Assembly: GCA_963733675.1 (NCBI GenBank)
Contig: CAVTET010000004.1
Location: 672,001 to 736,000, forward strand
Reading direction: 5' to 3'
DNA from: an uncultured Methanosarcinaceae archaeon
GTDB taxonomy: Archaea; Halobacteriota; Methanosarcinia; Methanosarcinales; Methanosarcinaceae
Length of the DNA: 64,000 bases
The number at the start of each line of letters is the position of its first letter. The first letter of the stretch is position 1. The position numbers and the translations under genes were made by a program. This document shows, piece by piece, positions 57,086 through 64,000 of this stretch. The notes under the pieces are model-generated. The model was given only the letters and a program-made list of their open reading frames with translations, was not told the DNA's origin and did no database searches.

Positions 57086-58147
57086 ACTAGATGATAAAAC
57101 TTTCAGAAAAAAGAACCAGAAGAAGACTAAACTAATAAAAGTAGATAATTATTCAGACTGGAAAAAAAATCAATTGGCATCTTTACCGGGATTCAATGAG
57201 CGAATTTTGGTGGGCTATTTTTAGATTACTACCGGCTATTGATAATGTTTTTCATTTCTTCATCAGTTAGTAATCAGAAGTATCTATTGCATCAAAATGT
57301 ATCAAAAAGCTCGATGAACTTGACACTTAAAATCAACTTCATGAAAAATAGGACTAAGAGTTATTTTTGCTAACTTTGACAATATTAATAGCTTAATTGT
57401 TACAAAAATGGGGCCTACTAAATACAACATATAATAAAATAATATATATTCATAAATTTTATCGAATCAAATTGAGCTAAAAATAGGATTGATTTTCCAA
57501 TTATAAAAGTAGATGCTTCATCAATTAATCACAAATTGAAAACCAAAAATCACTTACTGATTCACATGCAACAATATCATATTTTTCTAATATAACTCAA
57601 TTTTTAAGAGCCAAAATTTTTTCATTGTTTCCATCTAAAAGTTGTTTTTTCATCAGATATACAGGGGATATTAGTGGGAAAAAAAAGTTTATGAGTGTCT
57701 AAACCAAGAGTTTTTTACGATTTCTGACAATTTAAATCAACAACTATAGGGTAGTGAAATTACCTAAAAGGACAGTTTAGCATCCATAATAAAAGTCACA
57801 TTTGAATTTTAGATAGCAATGCAATGATTAGTTTCAGCTATTTATAAAAACCAAATCTAAGAAACCCTACTATCAAGATAATGATGAAATTGATGGTCTA
57901 AAAAGGTGAGGTAAAAAGTATTTTAATTTGTTTGTTCCTGTTATTCGAAGAATTTCAAGCTCTTTTTCGAATTAAATACAAATTTTTTGATAAATCGAAT
58001 GGCACTCTACTGTACCTACTTTATACGTCTGTAGAGAACACGATAGATTAAGCATATGAAGATAAAGAGCTTCGAATCTAGTCAATTACGGAGTCATTTC
58101 TACAAATCAGAAGAAGATCAAAAAATTGTAAAAAATCAGTATATACC

Positions 58148-58423
58148 TCAAAAATCATACACGTTTCCTGTAGCTTCCTTGAAGATGACATCAAAACTGT
58201 CCACACGTGAAATAGTTGGTCCTTTCCGGAGGTCATTCATCATAATTTTTATGGCTTCACACCTACCTTCGGCTATCACTAAAACTCTTCCATCTTTAAG
58301 GTTTATAGGATTGCAGTCCACAAAAAGCCTATCGGCAGCGTTCTTTGCAAATCTTCGAAAACCAACGCCCTGTACCCTTCCTGATATATAGATTTCTGCA
58401 CGAACTGTATCTCCATAGTTCAC
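58148..58423 (-). CDS. acyP: Acylphosphatase
   Basis: SGRVQGVGFR, NLKDGRV, GP. Confidence 0.9.
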   Translation of the reverse strand: MNYGDTVRAEIYISGRVQGVGFRRFAKNAADRLFVDCNPINLKDGRVLVIAEGRCEAIKIMMNDLRKGPTISRVDSFDVIFKEATGNVYDF

Positions 58424-58604
58424 ATTTGACTATTTTTGAACGAAAACTTATAAAAGCATTTGCTCTTCTAAAATATTTTCGAATCTAGTCAAATCCGAAA
58501 GCCATTCCTAAAAGTCAGAATAAAATCAAAAAATTATCTAATCTAATGGATTAGTTGATTATGATAACTAGAAATGACTCTTTTTTTCCAGAGAAAAAAA
58601 GAAT

Positions 58605-59470
58605 CAGATTTATGGACAGCAGCGAGTAACTGCTTTAATGGCAGCTATTCTTGGCTAGTATGTAATAAATCAGGATTATAGGCGAAGAAGCTCAAAATTC
58701 ATTTCAGCCAACAGAAGAGAAGTTTGAAGTTTTGAACTCTGCCATACAGAAAGATAATGCTCAGATTCCAGACATCTATACAATCATTTCAGGGGAAACA
58801 AGCACCTTAAAAATTGTAAAAAATTATTGAGAGCATAGTCTAAAACTGAAGAAGACCATGTCTATCACAAAATTAAGAATCTCAAAAAATAACTCAAAAA
58901 TAACTTGGTTTGATTGAGCTGGATTCTGATCTGGACATTGAAACAGTGACTTAAATTTTCGTGTGGAAAAATTCCAAGGAGATTGGGCTGAGTCAGGCTG
59001 ATTTTGCAATATCCAACATTGCTGCAAATGAAACAGATAGTGGATCTACGATCAGGAAAGCGATTGATTATTTTTATCATCTGGCAGTTGCTCCGGAATT
59101 TTATAGTCAGACTGTTAATGTTACCAGGGAATTTGCTTCTACAGAGTATTTCCGGAAAATTACTTGGCCAAAGAATGAGAATGATGATCTCTGTGATCCA
59201 AAATATACGGATCTGCTGAGAGTCGTCTTGAAATCTGGATTCCGTAGGAGTAAACCATCGGATCTTATCGGTCTGTTTTCAGGGAGGAATGTTGAAATAA
59301 GGACCTACGAAGAGGAAATGCTAGTGGCTCTTTCAAGAAGCTTGAAGAAGAGACATATGAGTTTATAAAACGACACCAACTTCAAACGCTTTCTAAAGAT
59401 CATCAAATCTGCATGTTTTATTTATTCCAGTTTAGTCCACTCACAGGACACACTTGATTTTGCATATTAA
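58605..59470 (+). pseudogene. DUF262 (GmrSD-like) restriction protein remnant
   Basis: DGQQRVTALMAAILG at ~58611, LSQADFA, IDYFYHLAVAPEFY, YTDLLRV; stops and frameshifts. Confidence 0.7.
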
Positions 59471-59471
59471 T

Positions 59472-59564
59472 AATACTTCTAGCACTGAAAGTTAGATTAA
59501 TTTTCAAGCTACTGTCATTTGAGAAAATAGATGGCATTTTTTGTGTACATCTATGGAAAGTGGG
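59472..59564. repeat. Family C repeat
   Basis: CTACTGTCATTTGAGAAAATAGATGGCATT...CATCTATGGAAAGTGGG. Confidence 0.75.
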
Positions 59565-59754
59565 TTTAAAACTCATGAATCAACAATTATGCGAGGGGCA
59601 AAAAAGCTCAAAAACAAAAAAAGTTAAAATTGACCTGAATAGTTGATCAGGTTGAGCAAGAAGCAGAAGACTAGAAATTAAATTTAGAAAGCCAGATAGT
59701 CATTATATTAGGCTTCATAATTAAAAATCTCTTTTAGTTATTAAAGCAAAAAAA

Positions 59755-59827
59755 CGCCCGGACCGGGATTCGAACCCGAGTCGGAGCCTCGACAGGGCTC
59801 CATGATAGGCCTCTACACTATCCGGAC
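59755..59827 (-). tRNA. tRNA-Asp (GTC)
   Basis: Minus strand GTCCGGA...GAGCC-CTGTCGA-GGCTC...GTTCGAATC...TCCGGGCG. Confidence 0.95.
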
Positions 59828-59937
59828 ACTTCAATGTCTTTAATAGCTGTTTTACTCGCGTTGCAAGTAAATCTTAGATGTTTTTCTAATATATTAATCA
59901 TTCTGTCAAAGTTTTCTATACTATTAAATATTTTATG

Positions 59938-60053
59938 TCCCGCCTCCCAGACTCGAACCGGGGACATCGCGGTTTCTGCGCAGAAATGTACGGGGAATTT
60001 TTCCCGTACGAGCCGAACTACAGCCGCGCACTCTACCACTGAGTTAAGGCGGG
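59938..60053 (-). tRNA. tRNA-Tyr (GTA) with 44-nt intron (59974-60017)
   Basis: Two 36-nt exons give a 72-nt cloverleaf; intron at 37/38; BHB with central helix CUGU/GCAG and 3-nt bulges. Confidence 0.95.
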
Positions 60054-60298
60054 ATAATATATGCTTATTCAGTGCTGCACAAGGCTGCGCTGCTTTATTG
60101 TATCATCTTCATATATGGTGATAATATTTATGTTTTTCGCTGAATGATAGCATCTTTTTTCACATTTTATACAAATTACTTAAAAAAATGAAGCAAAAAA
60201 AATGTATGAAAAGAACTATAAAGTCTCTTTTGCCAATGGTAGTTTAATTTTCCCTACTTTGTTTGGTTTAAATTTTCCCATTTTATTATCTAAATTTT

Positions 60299-60388
60299 AG
60301 ATGATCCCGATAAACCCAATCTTTGGCTTATTGTTTATAAAAACTATATAAGCAATTTGTTGAAATCGGAGATTTATCGAAATTCTCT
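60299..60388. mobile_element. MITE family B variant
   Basis: CGATAAACCC ... GATTTATCGAAATTCTCT. Confidence 0.65.
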
Positions 60389-60659
60389 TTACTTATATTT
60401 CATAGTTTAACCAAACCGAACATGAAATTCTTGAAGAACAATCGCAAATAAATAAAAATGCTTGCGAGGTTAACAGAGGACTTTCATGCTAAATCCAAAA
60501 CTATTTGAATCCCAGTTCTTATGGTATAGTAAGTAACGTTTAATCCAAGAAAGATTTCAATATTGTTTTATTCCTTAAACAAATTAAAAGCATAATTTTA
60601 GCGCGTTCAACAAGTATTGAGGTTAACTTCGTGAGTTACTTAATTTAATCAAGAAAAGA

Positions 60660-60807
60660 GGTTCCGTTGCAAAAAATCTGGTTATTTTACAAAACCAATT
60701 AAAAACATCACAACGGGGGTATTTATATCCATAAACAGGTCGATAATGATACAAAAAACAATAATTATAGCCTAAAAAGGCAGTAAAATTATTTTTGCAA
60801 CAGAACC
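60660..60807 (+). mobile_element. 148-bp IS6-type MITE, family A1
   Basis: Near-identical to 16509-16656. Confidence 0.92.
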
Positions 60808-60927
60808 GTAATTACTGCTCAGACAGAATTTTTGGGCGATGAACGTGGTGGTAGGTTTCAATTGACTCAAGTAGGGCTATTATAAAACTAATTATGCATT
60901 AACAGGAATTGGTAATATACTTCATCG

Positions 60928-61071
60928 GGTTTCATTGAAAAAATGATATTTCCACAGTTTGATACTCAATTCTTACCTTTTTATACCATTTTCGGTGATG
61001 AGAATAATTAACCTTCCTAATTATGAAGGTTTTTTCTGATTTTGCAAGAAAGCCAGATTTGCACCAGAACC
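60928..61071. mobile_element. Degenerate IS6-type MITE, family A2
   Basis: Colinear with 62613-62761 (TAATTATGAAGGTTTTT...GATTTTGCAAGAAAGCCAGATTT); decayed IRs. Confidence 0.75.
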
Positions 61072-61386
61072 CGATATCCTGCAGAAGTCCAGGAAGATAT
61101 AGATGAAACACTCCAAAATATGCACTCTGCTAAATGGTATACCCCCCCGAAAGTCGGAAATTTCAGTCTTTTCTTCAAAAGCAAAGCCTTTCTGAATCCA
61201 GAAGTTCATGGAATAGTTGATTGGGAACTACCTGAAGATTATCAAGAGATATATCCATTGCAAGTCCTAGAAAATCTATGGCCACTGTTAACGTTATGTG
61301 TAATTCCTATTCCCAAGTTTCCTCCAGCCACAGATTGGAGTCAAGTCGAAGAATTTATTAGAGATTGGCGGCTTCTATATAAATAA
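61072..61386 (+). pseudogene. 3' part of an unknown gene interrupted by MITEs
   Basis: ORF 61042-61386 begins inside the MITE; coding-like sequence also at 60808-60927. Confidence 0.45.
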
Positions 61387-61506
61387 CCTTGGGGTCGGCC
61401 TAAATTAACTTATAGAGACAGTGGTAAACTCGTGGTAAGGATCTCATTCGATAGCAATGGGTGGTGTTAGCCATCAAAAAATAGATCCTAGATTCGCTAA
61501 AGTGAT

Positions 61507-61953
61507 TTATGTGGGCTTTGAGGGATATTTGATAGCTAGAACTCTCACTATACCTAATATCAACAGCAGTGTCGATAGGCCTAAAATAAATTGAGAATCA
61601 TATCTTTGGGCATATAACCCTGCAGCAATTTCACGCATTACTATTAAAATTGTAACATTGGTTACATATGTAATTCTAACTTCTTCATGTACACGATAAT
61701 CAACAAAAGTCTTGAAAAGGTCGATAAGAACAAAAACTGTGAGGACATCGGATACTATATGACTAAAGCCCCCCCCAAGAGTCCCAAATAGAATTGATTT
61801 GATATTAAGGAGGATATTTGCCACTCCCACAAGTAGTGCTAATAGCAATACATAAAGAATGATAATAGTAACTAAACTAATTATCATTTTAAATATTTTA
61901 AGCTGATCTATCATAAATATATTATAATTAACTCTCATTTGACTCCCTTCCAT
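61507..61953 (-). CDS. Phosphate-starvation-inducible PsiE-family membrane protein
   Basis: Four hydrophobic segments; VLTVFVLIDLFKTFVDY, ILIVMREI. Confidence 0.82.
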   Translation of the reverse strand: MEGSQMRVNYNIFMIDQLKIFKMIISLVTIIILYVLLLALLVGVANILLNIKSILFGTLGGGFSHIVSDVLTVFVLIDLFKTFVDYRVHEEVRITYVTNVTILIVMREIAAGLYAQRYDSQFILGLSTLLLILGIVRVLAIKYPSKPT

Positions 61954-62067
61954 AGAAAAGATGATGATTTCTTTAATTCCAGATATGTAAATATTTTATC
62001 AAAATATGTAAAATTGAGTATAATCTATTAAAGGCAATTTTTGTCCTTAATTTGATATGCCTTTTGT

Positions 62068-62584
62068 GGTTCCGTTGCAAAAAATCCTTTCTAATGATAC
62101 AATAGAATAAAAAGAAAACCAAAGATAGTAACATGCTATCTAATTCCTTTAAATGGAAGCATTATGAAGGGGAAATTATCTTATTGAATGTAAGATGGTA
62201 CTTAAAATATGCATTAAGTTATAGAAATTTAAAGGAAATGATGGCAGAAAGGGGACTAAAAGTCGACCATACAACAATCATGAGATAGGTACATCAATAT
62301 TCCCCCGAAATAGAAAAGAAGATAAGAAGACATTTAAGACCAACAAATGATTCGTGGAGAGTTGATGAAACCTATATCAAAGTAAAAGGTAAATGGAAAT
62401 ATTTTTACCGAGCAGTTGACTCAAATGGAGATACAATTGATTTCATGTTAAGTTCAAAACGAGATAGAAAGGCAGCGAAGAGATTCTTTAAGAAAGCTTT
62501 AAGTTCTAATCATAATCAAATTCCAAGATTAATAACCGTTGATAAGAATCCAGCTTATCCACCTGCTATAGATAAACTAAAAAT
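62068..62584 (+). mobile_element. 3'-truncated IS6 element
   Basis: Left IR at 62068; transposase from 62133 with TGG>TAG at 62286; breaks at ~62584. Confidence 0.9.
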
Positions 62585-62612
62585 GATTCCGTTGCAAAAA
62601 CTTCAGAATAAG

Positions 62613-62761
62613 GGTTCCGTTGCAAAAATAATATTTCTGTAATTTGACACTACAATTTTCACCTTTATGTGTCATTTTCTTTCTAATGAAAATGATCAAC
62701 TTTCTTAATTATGAAGGTTTTTATGATTTTGCAAGAAAGCCAGATTTTTTGCAACGGAACC
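62613..62761. mobile_element. 149-bp IS6-type MITE, family A2
   Basis: GGTTCCGTTGCAAAAA ... TTTTTGCAACGGAACC; interior differs from A1. Confidence 0.88.
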
Positions 62762-62772
62762 AAATTCTCTAA

Positions 62773-64000
62773 TTACTTGTTGCCATTAAAATGATCCGCC
62801 CTATGTACCTGAATTTTGTATTTCTCAGCAACTTCCTGGAAAGTATCTACCATATAGTGAACCTTTTCCCAGGAAAGGCCATATGTGTTCAATTTCCACA
62901 TGCGTGTAGCTCCCGCAAATTCTCCGACGATACCCTTGCTTGAGAGTTCATCTGACAGGAAGAAACCTTTGCGTTTATGTCCATGTGCTACGATATCGAA
63001 GTTATCACTTGTGTCTATTTTTGACAGAGTATGCTTGCGTGGGTACTCCGATAAAACCCTACTTCCTTCTATGGCAAGTAAACCATCGATCAGATAGTTT
63101 GACTTTTTTACCTCATCTCCCCAATTATGTACTCTCTCCCTTACAGTAGGAAAAGAAGCCATCATACCGATTAATGTCGAACCCATTAGTGTACAGCCAA
63201 GCATCTCGACTTCTTTGACACCAAACTTACGTTTTGTGACATCACCAACCATCTGCGTAGTGCGGAATATCTTGGGAGCCCATTCATCGGTTGTTGCCAG
63301 CACTCCCGAAGGTGCAGGTGATGCCATGCTTTTGTGGCCGGAACCTACGACAAAATCTGCACCAATATCCTTTCCGTCCACTGGCATGATCCCAACAGTG
63401 TACGCACCATTATATAGGAAAGGAATATCGTACTGGTGTGCAACTTTTGCTATGTCTTTTACATCATGTTCATTGGCATACTGGTAATCAAAGTGATCAA
63501 TTATCACCAGTACAGGCAGTTTGCCTGTTTCCCGTTTAACTGCTTCAATTTTCTCAGCAGTAAGATCTGCAGTTACAATATTATGCTCGTTTACAGGTAT
63601 TTCCTTAATCATTCCTCCGGCCTCTTCTACTGCCAAAAATTCGGTATAATGAGCTAAAGCTGAAACTATGACAGAATCATTTTTATTGACAATAGTAGAT
63701 GCCACTGCCTGAAAACCGCGCCTTGCTCCAGGAACGACACGTGCAACATCCATGTTTAGGAAACTAGCAAGTTGTTCATGGAATGGTCCAATAGGCGGAA
63801 CTCTGATTTTGTCTAGCCTAAAGGGCTTGCTGCAGGCATCACAGACTGAATATCCATCTCCATATGCTATGAGTGCTTTTCGTGCTTCTGGGGTAAGCCT
63901 TCCAGCTGCCTGAATTGGCTGTATATTGATGTACATTTCCTCCCTGGATCGAATGTTAATATTATCAGCTATCTTCCTAACTTGCGGAGTTCCAGTACAG
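62773..64000 (-). CDS. pscS: O-phosphoseryl-tRNA:Cys-tRNA synthase (SepCysS), 5' end outside window
   Basis: INIQPIQAAGRL, DGYSVCDAC, GARRGF, AHYT, NGAY, GSGHKSMA, GCT; frame open to window edge. Confidence 0.95.
   Translation of the reverse strand, partial: CTGTPQVRKIADNINIRSREEMYINIQPIQAAGRLTPEARKALIAYGDGYSVCDACSKPFRLDKIRVPPIGPFHEQLASFLNMDVARVVPGARRGFQAVASTIVNKNDSVIVSALAHYTEFLAVEEAGGMIKEIPVNEHNIVTADLTAEKIEAVKRETGKLPVLVIIDHFDYQYANEHDVKDIAKVAHQYDIPFLYNGAYTVGIMPVDGKDIGADFVVGSGHKSMASPAPSGVLATTDEWAPKIFRTTQMVGDVTKRKFGVKEVEMLGCTLMGSTLIGMMASFPTVRERVHNWGDEVKKSNYLIDGLLAIEGSRVLSEYPRKHTLSKIDTSDNFDIVAHGHKRKGFFLSDELSSKGIVGEFAGATRMWKLNTYGLSWEKVHYMVDTFQEVAEKYKIQVHRADHFNGNK

Noticed and set aside
59818-60121. 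ORFs 59818-60039 and 59834-60121
   Set aside because: They overlap the tRNA-Tyr and tRNA-Asp genes
30462-62288. Pyrrolysine readthrough of in-frame TAGs (bioB 30462, DUF262, IS6 62286)
   Set aside because: Each gene has other stops, frameshifts or truncation. TAG is rare as a terminator here (mmp11 among intact genes), as expected in a Pyl-using genus, but no convincing Pyl protein is present
1898-63657. Numerous antisense or alternate-frame ORFs (e.g. 1921-2502, 12872-13510, 32797-33366)
   Set aside because: Shadows of well-supported genes, with no recognisable motifs
1-64000. CRISPR array or cas genes
   Set aside because: No regularly spaced repeat-spacer run; repeats are dispersed or two-copy

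Overview
AT-rich archaeal DNA from a Methanosarcina-like methanogen (Methanosarcinaceae). The assignment rests on mfnA, methanogenesis marker 11, SepCysS, tandem MesC-type methionine synthases, an NrdH-NrdD-NrdG operon and an intron-containing tRNA-Tyr. About 28 apparently intact genes and 5 tRNAs sit among roughly a dozen non-transposase pseudogenes (bioB, ATP-dependent ligase, PolX, MFS, methyltransferases, HicBA, DUF262 and others), several IS6/IS5/IS200 copies or relics, and at least six families of short non-autonomous elements. Features invisible to the ORF track: (1) three origin-recognition boxes around an AT-rich stretch upstream of mfnA, a probable replication origin with no cdc6/orc1 in the window, plus an orphan ORB 35 kb away; (2) a 48-bp element with 16-bp inverted ends and a perfect 9-bp target duplication; (3) split target-site duplications suggesting a ~45-kb inversion between two 148-bp IS6-type MITEs; (4) a probable non-AUG start for mmp11. 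Candidate uncharacterised systems: a coupled hydantoinase-A/HDAC pair, two convergent RHH-like paralogues sharing a promoter motif, an mmp11/orphan IorA pair and a five-gene CBS-only cluster. No CRISPR array or rRNA was seen. Family names come from motif recognition by eye, not from database searches.
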